Positions 32,070 to 47,151 of a stretch of DNA of 64,000 bases are shown here, piece by piece (position 1 is the stretch's first letter; every line of letters begins with the position of its first letter). The notes beneath the pieces were generated by a model. The model saw nothing but the letters and a program-made list of their open reading frames with translations. It was not told where the DNA came from and did not search any database. The translations under genes and the position numbers were made by a program. Source of the DNA: Macrostomum lignano. Taxonomy: Eukaryota. Location: NCBI GenBank assembly GCA_002269645.1, contig NIVC01000491.1:1-64000 (forward strand), in the 5' to 3' direction.

Positions 32070-35000
32070 GTAGCTTCAGCACCTGAAGGATAGGATATAA
32101 CAGTGTAGCTTCAGAACCTGAAGGATAGGATATAAGAGTGTAGCTTCAGGACCTGAAGGGTAGGATATAAGAGTGTAGCTTCAGAACCTGAAGGATAGGA
32201 TATAAGAGTGTAGCTTCATCACCTGAAGGATAGGATATAACAGTGTAGCTTCAGAATCTGAAGGATAGGATATAAGAGTGTAGCTTCAGAACCTGAAGGA
32301 TAGGATATAAGAGTGTAGCTTCAGAACCTGAAGGATAGGATATAAGAGTGTAGCTTCAGCACCTGAAGGATAGGATATAAGAGTGTAGCTTCAGAACCTG
32401 AAGGATAGGATATAAGAGTGTAGCTTCAGCACCTGAAGGATAGGATATAACAGTGTAGCTTCAAAATCTGAAGGATAGGATATAAGAGTGCAGCTTCAGC
32501 ACCTGAAGGATAGGATATAAGAGTGTAGCTTGAGGACCTGAAGTACAGGATAAGAGTGTAGCTTCAGCACCTGAAGGATAGGATATAAGAGTGTAGCTTC
32601 AGAACCTGAAGGATAGGATATAAGAGTGTAGCTTCAGCACCTGAAGGATAGGATATAAGTGTGTAGCTTAAGAACCTGAAGGATAGGATATAAGAGTGTA
32701 GCTTCAGAACCTGAAGGATAGGATATAAGAGTGCAGCTTCAGTACCTAAAGGATATGATATAAGAGTGCAGCTTCAGAACCTGAAGGACAGGATATAAGA
32801 GTGCAGCTTCAGGACCTGAAGGATAGGATATAAGAGTGCAGCTTCAGAACCTGAAGGACAGGATATAAGAGTGCAGCTTCAGTACCTGAAGGATAGGATA
32901 TAAGAGTGTAGCTTCAGAACCTGAAGGATAGGATATAAGAGTGTAGCTTCAGCACCTGAAGGATAGGATATAAGAGTGCAGCTTCAGAACCTGAAGGATA
33001 GGATATAAGAGTGTAGCTTCAGAACCTGAAGGATATGATATAAGAGTGTAGCTTCAGAACCTGAAGGATAGGATATAAGAGTGTAGCTTCAGAACCTGAA
33101 GGATAGGATATAAGAGTGTAGCTTCAGGACCTGAAGGATAGGATATAAGAGTGCAGCTTCAGAACCTGAAGGATAGGATATGAGAGTGTCGCTTTAGCAC
33201 CTGAAGGATAGGATATAAGAGTGTAGCTTCAGCACCTGAAGGATATGATATAAGAGTGCAGCTTCAGCACCTGAAGGATAGGATATAAGAGTGTAGCTTC
33301 AGCACCTGAAGGATATGATATAAGAGTGCAGCTTCAGCACCTGAAGGATAGGATATAAGAGTGTAGCTTCAGCACCTGAAGGATAGGATATAAGAGTGTA
33401 GCTTCAGAACCTGAAGGATAGGATATAGGAGTGTAGCTTCACAACCTGAAGGATAGGATATAAGAGTGTAGCTTCAGAACCTGAAGGATAGGATGTAAGA
33501 GTGTAGCTTCAGCACCTGAAGGATAGGTTATAAGAGTGTAGCTTCAGAACCTGAAGGATAGGATATAAGAGTGTAGCTTCAGAACCTGAAGGATATGATA
33601 TAAGAGTGTAGCTTCAGAACCTGAAGGATAGGATATAAGTGTGTAGCTTCAGAACCTGAAGGATAGGATATAAGAGTGTAGCTTCAGGACCTGAAGGACA
33701 GGATATAAGAGTGCAGCTTCAGAACCTGAAGGATAGGATATGAGAGTGTCGCTTTAGCACCTGAAGGATAGGATATAAGAGTGTAGCTTCAGAACCTGAA
33801 GGACAGAATATAAGAGTGCAGCTTCAGCACCTGAAGGATAGGATATAAGAGTGTAGCTTCAGCACCTGAAGGATAGGATATAAGAGTGTAGCTTCAGAAC
33901 CTGAAGGATAGGATATAAGAGTGTAGCTTCAGGACCTGAAGGACAGGATATAAGAGTGCAGCTTCAGAACCTGAAGGATAGGATATGAGAGTGTCGCTTT
34001 AGCACCTGAAGGATAGGATATAAGAGTGTAGCTTCAGAACCTGAAGGACAGAATATAAGAGTGCAGCTTCAGCACCTGAAGGATAGGATATAAGAGTGTA
34101 GCTTCAGCACCTGAAGGATAGGATATAAGAGTGTAGCTTCAGCACCTGAAGGATAGGATATAAGAGTGTAGCTTCAGAACCTGAAGGATAGGATATAAGA
34201 GTGTAACTTCAGCACCTGAAGGATAGGATATAAGAGTGTAGCTTCAGGACCTGAAGGATAGGATATAAGAGTGCAGCTTCAGAACCTGAAGGATAGGATA
34301 TGAGAGTGTCGCTTTAGCACCTGAAGGATAGGATATAAGAGTGTAGCTTCAGCACCTGAAGGATATGATATAAGAGTGCAGCTTCAGCACCTGAAGGATA
34401 GGATATAAGAGTGTAGCTTCAGCACCTGAAGGATATGATATAAGAGTGCAGCTTCAGCACCTGAAGGATAGGATATAAGAGTGTAGCTTCAGCACCTGAA
34501 GGATAGGATATAAGAGTGTAGCTTCAGAACCTGAAGGATAGGATATAGGAGTGTAGCTTCAGAACCTGAAGGATAGGATATAAGAGTGTAGCTTCAGAAC
34601 CTGAAGGATAGGATATAAGAGTGTAGCTTCAGAACCTGAAGGATAGGATATAAGAGTGTAGCTTCAGAACCTGAAGGATAGGATATAAGAGTGTAGCTTC
34701 AGCACCTGAAGGATATGATATAAGAGTGTAGCTTCAGAACCTGAAGGATAGGATATAAGTGTGTAGCTTCAGAACCTGAAGGATAGGATATAAGAGTGTA
34801 GCTTCAGGACCTGAAGGACAGGATATAAGAGTGCAGCTTCAGAACCTGAAGGATAGGATATAAGAGTGTAGCTTCAGCACCTGAAGGATAGGATATAAGA
34901 GTGTAGCTTCAGAACCTGAAGGATAGGATATAAGAGTGTAGCTTCATCACCTGAAGGATAGGATATAAGAGTGCAGCTTCAGTACCTGAAGGATATGATA

Positions 35001-35385
35001 TAAGAGTGCAGCTTCAGAACCTGAAGGACAGGATATAAGAGTGCAGCTTCAGTACCTGAAGGATAGGATATAAGAGTGCAGCTTCAGAACCTGAAGGACA
35101 GGATATAAGAGTGCAGCTTCAGTACCTGAAGGATAGGATATAAGAGTGTAGCTTCAGAACCTGAAGGATAGGATATAAGAGTGCAGCTTCAGCACCTGAA
35201 GGATAGGATATAAGAGTGCAGCTTCAGCACCTGAAGGATAGGATATAAGAGTGTAGCTTCAGCACCTGAAGGATAGGATATAAGAGTGTAGCTTCAGCAC
35301 CTGAAGGATAGGATATAAGAGTGTAGCTTCAGAACCTGAAGGATAGGATATAAGAGTGTAACTTCAGCACCTGAAGGATATGATA
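32070..35385. repeat. 35-bp satellite, ~95 copies, each with an internal CTTCAG-NNN-CTGAAG inverted repeat
   Basis: Unit agtgtagcttcagaacctgaaggataggatataag. Confidence 0.98.
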
Positions 35386-35879
35386 TAGTATAAGTTGCAG
35401 TCTGTTTAAATTGGCTCATTTGTTACGAAGCAAATTTTGCCTATAATTGCTGCTCTGCGAAAATTTCCAAAAACATGTGTTCATCATATCGCTGACTTCA
35501 GAAGGACCAAAATTATTCAGTAAACATCTCCTGAGGCACCACTGGTGCATGTATCCATGCTCAAGATTCAAGCCTTTATCTTAAAAAATTATCATCTGTA
35601 ATTTGCGGATGGGTTGTAGGGTAATTTGATGTTTAAGAATGACTTTAATCAATTTCAATGTAGCAAAGTTTTTCAGGCATGATAGCCTGAACCAGTGCTG
35701 TATATTGCTTTTGTTTGTGTGAGATGACTCTTAGGGTTTTTTCTTTCTTCTCTTGGAACAATTTCGGTCGCAGGGAGATCTTCATTTTTGCTAATCAAAT
35801 CATATTTTAATCTATTCTGAACTTCTGAACTCTTCTCTCAGCTCTAACCCTCCTACACTGGCATCTCATCTCCAATCTC

Positions 35880-37130
35880 ATTCCCTCTCCGTCTCTCCCT
35901 CTCTCATTTCCTCCTCTCCCCTGTCCTCTCCCTCTCTCATTTCCCCCTCTCCCCTGTCCTCTACCTCTCTCATTTCCCCCCTCTCCCTTGTCCTCTCCCT
36001 CTCTCATTTCCCCCCTCTCCCCTGTCCTCTCCCTCTCTCATTTCCCCCTCTCCCTTGTCCTCTCCCTCTCTCATTTCCCCCTCTCCCCTGTCCTCTACCT
36101 CTCTCATTTCCCCCTCTCCCCTGTCCTCTCCCTATCTCATTTTCCCCTCTCCCCTGTCCTCTCCCTCTCTCATTTCCCCCTCTCCCCTGTCCTCTCCCTC
36201 TCTTATTTCCCCCTCTCCCCTGTCCTCTCCCTCTCTCATTTCCCCCTCTCCCCTGTACCCTCCCTCTCTCATTTCCTCCTCTCCCATGTCCTCTCCCTCT
36301 ATCATTTCCCCCTCTCCCCTGTCCTCTACCTCTCTCATTTCCTCCTCTCCCATGTCCTCTCCCTCTCTCATTTCCCCCTCTCCCCTGTACTCTCCCTCTC
36401 TCATTTCCCCCTCTCCCCTGTACTCTCCCTCTCTCATTTCCTCCTCTCCCATGTCCTCTCCCTCTCTTATTTCCCCCTCTCCCCTGTCCTCTACCTCTCT
36501 CATTTCCTCCTCTCCCATGTCCTCTCCCTCTCTCATTTCCCCCTCTCCCCTGTACTCTCCCTCTCTCATTTCCCCCTCTCCCCTGTACTCTCCCTCTCTC
36601 ATTTCCTCCTCTCCCATGTCCTCTCCCTCTCTCATTTCCCCCTCTCCCCTGTCCTCTCCCTCTCTCATTTCCCCCTCTCCCCTGTCCTCTCCCTCTCTCA
36701 TTTCCCCCTCTCCCCTGTCCTCTCTCTCTCTCTCATTTCCCCCTCTCCCCTGTCCTCTCCCTCTTTCATTTCCCCCTCTCCCCTGTCCTCTCCCTCTTTC
36801 ATTTCCTCCTCTCCCCTGTCCTCTCCCTCTCTCATTTCCCCCTCTCCCCTGTCCTCTCCCTCTTTCATTTCCTCCTCTCCCATGTCCTCTCCCTCTCTCA
36901 TTTCCCCCTCTCCCCTGTCCTCTCCCTCTCTCATTCCCCCCTCTCCCCTGTCCTCTCCCTCTCTCATTTCCCCCTCTCCCCTGTCCTCTCTCTCTCTCAT
37001 TTCCCCCTCTCCCCTGTCCTCTCCCTCTTTCATTTCCCCCTCTCCCCTGTCCTCTCCCTCTTTCATTTCCTCCTCTCCCCTGTCCTCTCCCTCTCTCATT
37101 TCCCCCTCTCCCCTGTCCTCTCCCTCTCTC
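35880..37130. repeat. 33-bp polypyrimidine minisatellite
   Basis: Unit tctccctctctcatttccccctctcccctgtcc. Confidence 0.95.
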
Positions 37131-37964
37131 TTCTCCTCTAACTCTCCTCTCCTCTACTTATCCCCTCCTCCTCTCCCTTCTCCTGCTCTCCCTCTCCCCT
37201 CTTCTTCCTCTCTTCTCTCTCTTGAATCTCCCCCTTTCTTATCTCTCATCTTATCTACTTCTACCTCTCCTCTCCCAAATCATCTCCCTCTCTAATCACC
37301 CCTCCCATCTCCTCTCCCTCTCATATCATCTGCCTCTCTCATCTCTCATCTCATCTCCATCTCCGATCCCATCACTTCCTCTCCCTGCTCTTTTCCAGAG
37401 CTAAGAATTGCTGCGTTTGAAAAAAGACAGTGTCACTAACTGTTTAATCCTTGACCTCAGAACTTTTTTCTACGGTAGAACAGGTAATAGCTTTTGGCAT
37501 AAGCGCGTTTTACTGCACGGAAACTGCAGTGTTGTTACCTTTGTTACCTTTTCCGTTTCAAAGGTGCAACAGCTGTTCTTACCTTGTCAAACTGCTAAAT
37601 GGTCTCTTTGGACCGGTTTGGCTGTTGTTGCAAAACTAGAAAATATTTCGTCTTTTACGTTAAAGCAGATTTATAGATACATGCAGTTCAACAAGAGATA
37701 CCTGCAAGCTTCTACTTAGGGTATTTTGACTATGTTCTTCAAGATTAACAAAATTCAGTGTCAAAACAGGAGGCGACTAGAGGGAAAGAGATAGCATAAG
37801 AAAGGAAGTGGATGAGGGGAAGAGATGTGTTGAGTAGAGGGGATGTGAGGGTAGAGAGAATATGCGAGGGATATAGGGCATGAGAGGGGTAGAGAGAGGA
37901 TGGGAGGGGAAGAGAGGGGATGGGAGAGATAGAGGAGATGGAAGGGGTAGAGAGGATGTGAGGG

Positions 37965-38305
37965 GCAGAGAGGGGAAGAGAGGGGACTTAAGGGGTAGAG
38001 AGGGGATGTGAGAGGTAGAGAGGGGATGTGAGAGGTAGAGAGGGGATGTGAGGGGTAGAGAGGGGATTTAAGGGGTAGAGAGGGGATTTAAGGGGTAGAG
38101 AGGGGATTTAAGGGGTAGAGAGGGGATTTAAGGGGTAGAGGGGGGTGTGAGGGGTAGAGGGGATTTAAGGGGTAGAGAGGGGATTTAAGGGGTAGAGAGG
38201 GGATTTAAGGGGTAGAGAGGGGATTTAAGGGGTAGAGAGGGGATTTAAGGGGTAGAGAGGGGATTTAAGGGGTAGAGGGGGTGTGAGGGGTAGAGAGGGG
38301 ATGAG
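37965..38305. repeat. 20-bp G-rich minisatellite
   Basis: Unit aggggtagagaggggattta. Confidence 0.9.
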
Positions 38306-38845
38306 TAGATGAGGGGAAAAGCGGTTATAGAAAGTTCAACAAAATCACCAAAAGATGCAATCGTGAAAGTTTACAAGGACAATTGCAGAGTCCAATGACA
38401 GATGGTACAAGTTACAGTATATTTGAATAATTTTATTGCAAGCTTACCAATTGTATATAATATAATACAATATATCAGTATATGTATATAGCATATTTGG
38501 AGTCGATATAACAGGCAGAATTTTATTTTAAACGAACTCAGTTGAATAAAGGAATTAGACATATATAACATTGGGATTAAGATAATCCAGTGCTTAAGCA
38601 GGTCTGTTAAAGCTTTAGCAAACAAAAAATGAATTATTTTTGCTGATAAATCACGACAAATAATTATAAATAAGAATTTGTTTAAATGATATTTCACGAT
38701 GGGAAAAAACACGTTTACACAAATGAAGCTCCAGCTTATTATGTACTGTAATATCACCCGCGATACAATGGGATATAACAATTAAAAAGAATAATAGTAG
38801 CAAGTAATATTCGAGCGTTAATGTAGACATATGCATAGTTATTAT

Positions 38846-39948
38846 CAGTGTTGGGCACTTCCGTTACCGAGTAACTTGCAAATGGTAACGCAAGTTACTT
38901 TTTCGTAAAGCGTTCCTTACGCAAGTTACTTTTTTATTTTAGTAACGGAGTAACGGTAAGTTACTCAAATTTCGGAAGTCCGTTACAGTTACTTTGCAAC
39001 AATCGCAATATTTAAATTAAAAACTGAAATGCTTAGCTAGTACGCCGGTTGTCACATGTTTTTGCATTTTTCATTCATAAATTCAAAATTAAGTGAATAG
39101 TATCATATGGTATTGCGTTTAATTAATGAAGAAATACTTGAAACATGTATTACTTTGTTAATATTGGTAAAATATTTTCGCCTTTCATTGAGGCTTTTCA
39201 TATTACCAATTCCAGAATCAGAATCGGTTCGGATCTTCCAAGAAAAACAGCAGTATAACTATTTAATTCTGTTGAATGTTTGACTGCCTTAACAACCTCA
39301 CATAGCACAATTTTTCACTTTCTTCTTAGCGATTTTCATTCAATAATAAAAACTTTATAGCACGTATCTCCCTCTAGTTATGGAGACAAAAAGTTATACT
39401 TCACAAATTGGTTCTGATTCTGGAACCAGAACTAGCTATATGAAAAGGCCCATTTTCGTTACTAAAAATTTTCAAGTTTGATTCAAACAAACAACCAAAG
39501 AAAGAAATTCATCTGTAGCCTCCACAAGTCCCTCCACTGGCACTGCAGTACACTACACCATTTTATACAGTTCTATTTATTTTACTCTATTGAATTATTG
39601 ATATTCGTTTATTTTATCATTTATAATTTTAATTATTGATTGCCATTGCCATTGGTCCTTCTATTTGCCTCACATCGTGTCGCCAATTCCTGTCTCTGTC
39701 TGTTAATCGGTTAATCCCAATGCCCAATGGCAAATTTCGGTAACAACAATGTGAAAAAATGTGCAATGTGAAAAAAGCAGAAAATTTTGTTAATAACATG
39801 GGTAACGGAAGTGAGTAACGGACAGTAACTTAAAAGTTACCAGGTTTTTGTCTAAAGTTACTAGGCTAACGTAAGTTACTTTTTAAAAATTGGTAACTTA
39901 AGTTACAGTAACGCAAGTTACTTTTTTTAAGTAACTTGCCCAACACTG
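38846..39948. mobile_element. Non-autonomous hAT-superfamily DNA transposon (1103 bp)
   Basis: 12-bp TIRs CAGTGTTGGGCA/TGCCCAACACTG. Perfect 8-bp TSD GTTATTAT at 38838-38845 and 39949-39956. Subterminal GTAAC/GTTAC repeats. Confidence 0.9.
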
Positions 39949-40652
39949 GTTATTATCAAGATATGATCAGCATTTATTGCGTTATATTGTTAATTAAAAA
40001 GAGCCTTATTAATTATAAGTAAGTTAGCTATCAGTTACAACAGAATGTTTCATTGTAAAACAGAAAAAGCTCATAGCAGTGGGAATATATATAAATAATA
40101 TTATATATATGATATGACATATATATATATATGTTCCCAAACAATTTTGAGCAGTGCAAAAGAAGCCACATATGTTTACTATATAGTAGTTAAACAATAA
40201 ATAAACAAATAAACAGTTCAGTAGATGATTTATTATTTTTAAAAAACCATTTGCGCCATCAATTAACTGGATTTACAACCTGTTGATTAAGTGGAAACTG
40301 ATTGACTGACATAAAAGTGGGCAAAATTCAAAATGTCCAATATACAGGAATGTGCTTCACGTAGTGCTTGAGAAAGTGTTTCGTTTTTCTAATTTCCTCA
40401 CCTTAAAAACTCCAAAATAGGCGAAGCAGAGGAAATTAAAAAAATAGATTACAATATAAATTCATGGGTCAGGGAGATCACTTCCAAAGCACAGGTCCGG
40501 GGGTGGCTATACCTGTATAGGTGAGCAATAATATGGGATAATTAAGCAAGTTAATTAATTACCGATAAGCAGTTTGATTAATAATATAGTAGATTAATTC
40601 AAATTTACCGACAAAGTTGCATAATATAAATAAATATATATGTTAAAACAGT

Positions 40653-41814
40653 TCAGTGTTTGTATAAACATTTGTGTTGAAACTTCATCAGAACACACAA
40701 CGCCTCAGTAGGCAAATAAGATAAACAAATAATAATAAGTTGCTTTAAGAATAAGCAAGTGCTCGGAGGTGACAAACGCATATAGATAAAATGCTTTTTC
40801 ATACTCACAGAAATTGAAGTGTTAAATCTTGCATGTGACAGAATGTGTAAGACAAAATGGGGATATTGGGGCCTCTTTATCAACTCGTTCCTCAATTAGT
40901 CAAATTTTGTTTTAATGCGAAAAAAATCCAAATCAGACGCGGCGGTGAAATATTCTAGGAATTGCTGAGCAGTGGCGGAGCGAACAGCTGAAATTGAAAA
41001 GTGCCAGGACTCTCAGTCTGACTCTCATCCTGACTCTCAGCTGACTCTCAGCCTGATTCTTAGTCTTGATCTAACCCTGACTCTAACCCTCACTCTTATT
41101 CATCCAGACTATTATCCAGACTCTGATCTCAGTCTGACTCTCAGTCTGAATCTCAGCCAGACTCTCAGTCTGACTCTCATCCAGACTCTCAGTCTGACTC
41201 TAATCCAGACTTCCAGCCTGACTCTCAGTCTGACTCTCATCCAGACTCTCAGTCTGACTCTCATCCAGACTCTCAGTCTGACTTTCACCCAGACCATCAT
41301 CCAGACTTTCATAGAATTTCAGCCTGACTCTCATCCAGACTCTCAGTCTGACTCTCATCCAGACTCTCAGCCTGACTCTCATCCAGACTCTCACCCAGAC
41401 CATCATCCAGACTCTCAGTCTGACTCTCATCCAGACTCTCAGCCTGACTCTCATCCAGACTTTCATAGAACTTCAGTATGACTCTCGTCTAGACTCTCAT
41501 CCAGACTCTCAGCCTGACATTCATTTAAACTCTGACCCTCTCCCTAACTCTAAACCACTAGCACAATTAGACTCTGTATTCTGATTCTCTGTCTGACGCT
41601 TAGTCTGACTCTTATCTTGGTTCGGGTTGGTTAACTACCTCTGATTCACTCTATTATCATATTATCAAAAACCTGGATCTGGATCAACCGACTCTAAGAG
41701 AAAATACAATAGTTATCGCGACACTTACAAAAATATCAGCAGGTCAGAAGAGAGGTCGAGCCGAAGTCGCCTATCAGTGTCCTCGTTGCAGCTCGGCAGC
41801 TTAGTGGTAGCCAT
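40653..41814 (-). CDS. Candidate small spliced ORF of unknown function (exons 41814-41729, 40890-40809, 40742-40653)
   Basis: caaaATGG start, donors GTAAGT and GTGAGT, phases compatible. One acceptor is a weak GAG and I recognise no family. Confidence 0.25.
40995..41520. repeat. 24-bp minisatellite
   Basis: Unit gactctcagtctgactctcatcca. Confidence 0.92.
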
Positions 41815-42068
41815 TTTGAAAGTGCGGGATGAGAGTGCCCTGAGGAATTTAAGAGGTCTCTTATTGATTGGTTCATAAAGGTAGTATGATATTAGAAATA
41901 TCGATTTTGTAAATGCAGGGGCGCGTCAAACGGAAACTATGAGGTATGCGGAGCAGTTTGATAGTTTAAATATGATGGAGTTAAACCAGTATAAATATAG
42001 AAGGACGTATAGAGATTGCTAGCTAAGATGGACTGAGACAGAACAAACGGGCAGATAGTGAGAAATAA

Positions 42069-43916
<1,848 letters not shown>

Positions 43917-44067
43917 CAAAAACAAGCATATAAAGAGCTGCACGCAGATTGCCGAAGCAACAGGATTGAAGAGAAATTTAAACTTAATTTTTAATTTTAG
44001 AAGACAAACAGGGGAACCATCCGAGATTGCAAGACAAGAATTGAAGTTTTGGTATTTCTAAAAGTCA

Positions 44068-44949
44068 TCTATATACTACTAATGTTGTTATAATTCAACG
44101 ATTTGCTTTATTAAGAACACAAAACGCCAAAACCGCTACAATGGAACAGTTGGTGCGCCAACGGAAGGTTTAAATCTATTTACAACCCAAACACCAGCGA
44201 GCAGGCAGACAGACAATGTAAAAGCGCATTAGTGTCCAGCTATTAATAAATAAAATTATTGCATAAATATTGTGATCCAAATTTGGTGCGTTTGCGGTAT
44301 GAGTAACTAAATAAGAGTAGATGGGTAAAGCGATAAAATAGACCTGCCTGTAACCCTGTCTGTAAGACCGTTCTGTAAGCCTGTCTGTAAACCTGTCTGT
44401 AAGACCGTTCTGTAAGCCTGTCTGTAAACCTGTCTGTAAGACCGTTCTGTAAGCCTGCCTGTAACCCTGTCTGTAAGACCGTTCTGTAAGCCTGCCTGTA
44501 ACCCTGTCTGTAGGACCGTTCTGTAAGCCTGCCTGTAACCCTGTCTGTAGGACCGTTCTGTAAGCCTGCCTGTAACCCTGTCTGTAGGACCGTTCTGTAA
44601 GCCTGTCTGTAAACCTGTCTGTAAGACCGTTCTGTAAGCCTGCCTGTAACCCTGTCTGTAGGACCGTTCTGTAAGCCTGCCTGTAACCCTGTCTGTTAAC
44701 TCTTCTGTAAACCTATCTGTAAACCGTTCTTCTGTAAATTTGTCTATAAGCACCCAATAAGCTTGTCTGTAAACTCTTCTGTAGACCCATCTGTAAACCT
44801 GTCTGTAAAATATCTGTAAACCGTTGTGCTGTAAACTTATTTGTAAGCACTCTATAGGCATGCCTACATAATCTATCGGTGTAAGCACTAAAATTTAAGA
44901 CTAATTACCAAGTAATCAGCCTGCAGCAGTGTTGGTAGTAGCTATCTAG
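44068..44949 (+). mobile_element. Possible second small Helitron-like element containing a 37-bp minisatellite
   Basis: A|TCTATATACTACTAAT at 44068 and CTAG|T at 44946-44950, but no convincing subterminal hairpin. Confidence 0.25.
44340..44830. repeat. 37-bp minisatellite built from CTGTAA-containing subunits
   Basis: Unit ctgtaagcctgcctgtaaccctgtctgtaggaccgtt. Confidence 0.92.
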
Positions 44950-45819
44950 TAGTATACGCAGGCTTGGATAAACGACTGTCATTACATATATAAAGATAAG
45001 ATGTCAAATTGATAGATAGGTTTCAACTAAGAGGAGACGGCTCTTACTAAAGGTTCCATCAAGGCATGCTATAGTCAATTATTTACAAGTTTCTTATTAG
45101 TTTTGTTAATAACAATTTTTTGTCAACAAAACAATATGAAACTTAATATAATTAAATACATATAATTATATAGGAGGCTAAAATGTATGCTACAATATTA
45201 ATTACCACACTGCAGGCACCGCAATGAAAACAATAAATATGCTAAATTAAGTAAGTGCCTGTCTCAATGTAAATTACCTTTCAGAATTTGATTAATAATT
45301 TGTCGAATTTGCCTATTAGCAATGATAATGATGAGGCAGTGGCAATGACGCAACCTAAATCAATGCAGACTGGGTTGCCATTAAGGCACGGCCAGGGTTA
45401 GATTATAATGAGGCGCTTAATTCGGGAGGAATATCTCTCGATCACAGGATGAGATTTGGATCGGGAATACGCAGAACCTGCCCCCCGCGATGTCTGTTAC
45501 TGTTGTCAAGGCGTAGGTATTTACATATAATTATGAGCTAATTTGTATAAAAAGATTATTAATTATAAGCCAGACTTTTACAATGCACTTTTATTGTCCG
45601 TTGCATGCTCCTGGCATATTGGATATCTGAGATGATTAATATACACTGAATCACGCGCAATATATTACACAGAGCAAATGTATAGAATTATAGGCTTTTC
45701 TTCCATTGGAATACAGGTAGTTAAGGAGAGAAATTAAAAAAAATAACTGTCCTAGTATAGACAGTTAGAGGCAGGAATGAAGTTTAACTGAGCTGATGAA
45801 TCTGTGCGTTAACATCTGT

Positions 45820-46050
45820 AAGTGATCTGTCTGTAACTTGTCTGTAATTTTACTGTGATCTGTCTGTAACTTGTCTGTAATTTTACTGTGATCATGTCTG
45901 TAACTTGTCTGCAATTTTACTGTGATCATGTCTGTAACTTGTCTGTAATTTTACTGTGATCATGTCTGTAACTTGTCTGTAATTTTACTGTGATCATGTC
46001 TGTAACTTGTCTGTAATTTTACTGTGATCATGTCTGTAACTTGTCTGTAG
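45820..46050. repeat. 34-bp minisatellite
   Basis: Unit ttgtctgtaattttactgtgatcatgtctgtaac. Confidence 0.92.
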
Positions 46051-46339
46051 TTCAACTCTAACCCATTGTACAACCCCTGTCTGTAAAGAGGTCTGTAGTT
46101 TATCCGTAGCCGTCTGTAAACTTTCTGTCATATCATACGTCTCCGATTCGACTGTAATCTTGTCTGTAATTTGTCTGTAATACTGTTTCTCTTAAAGAAC
46201 TTGTCAGCAAAGTCTTCTCCTCAAATTCTGTCTGTAAATCAATGAAGTTTGCTGATAAAAAGAAATGATTGGCAAAAAATCCAAAAGAACAACTTTATTG
46301 TAGTTATAAGTGAATGAACTTCCCGAATTTCTCTAAAGG

Positions 46340-46446
<107 letters not shown>

Positions 46447-46789
46447 GTTGAGGCTGTGTGTGGCGACCCCCCAGTCCTTGGACTGAACAGCCGTACGCAG
46501 CCTTCAGATGCGCCGCGCGATAGCTGCGGCTGAGCTGTCGGTTGCAAATCAATAATAAATTTTTCTTATTATTAAACACTAAAAATGTACACTCAGGCAT
46601 GTACACTCGCTGTGTTTTTGGGGGGCTGGCCCTCATGGCTGTGAAGGGGGTCACGTGGCACTCCAGACGTTCATTCTGTCAATAAAATCTTATGGTCTCA
46701 GCTCTCAGCCTCCCCTACAGAATCCCTACAGAATCCCATCTCATCATCTGCATCGGCGACACATCCTCCCGAATTTCGTAGCCTCTCAC

Positions 46790-46916
46790 CTGGCCGTACA
46801 GCTTAGCTGGCAGCACGGATGCTGCATTGGTCAGGTCGCAGCCGGGTCGCTTGACACCGGCTGTGCAGGCACCGGCCGCTGCTGCTGAGCCAGCACTCAC
46901 CGCTGCAAGAGCTGCC

Positions 46917-46954
<38 letters not shown>

Positions 46955-47151
46955 CTGCTGGATGCTTCCAGAAGCGGCTGCAGCCGCAGCAGCCTGCTGA
47001 AGCAGAGCGGCGAAGTCCTGACCGTAGATGTCGGCTGGGTTGGCGCCGGTGGCTGACAGAGCGGCGGCACTGCTGGTCGGCACGAGGGCCCGGCTGGAGG
47101 AGGTCACCAGCTGGCCCGTGGCGCCGGGAGCGCCGTACATCATCGGCGGAG
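46790..47151 (-). CDS. msi: Musashi exon (Ala/Gln-rich region); true 3' end of gene uncertain
   Basis: cccccgacag| acceptor in phase 1. PPMMYGAPG...ADIYGQDFAALLQQAAAAAAASGSIQ(n)...KLYGQ. Donor GTGAGA, or read-through to a stop at 46715. Confidence 0.65.

Noticed and set aside
32070-35385. CRISPR-like appearance (35-bp repeat with internal palindrome)
   Set aside because: Units are contiguous with no unique spacers, there are no cas genes, and the context is eukaryotic.
35988-37404. Ser/Pro-rich or Glu/Gly-rich ORFs resembling extensin or mucin
   Set aside because: Frame-independent products of the 33-bp pyrimidine minisatellite, with no splice or codon evidence.
37400-37720. Exon-like segment on the minus strand with AG/GT boundaries
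   Set aside because: All frames contain stops and no homology was recognised.
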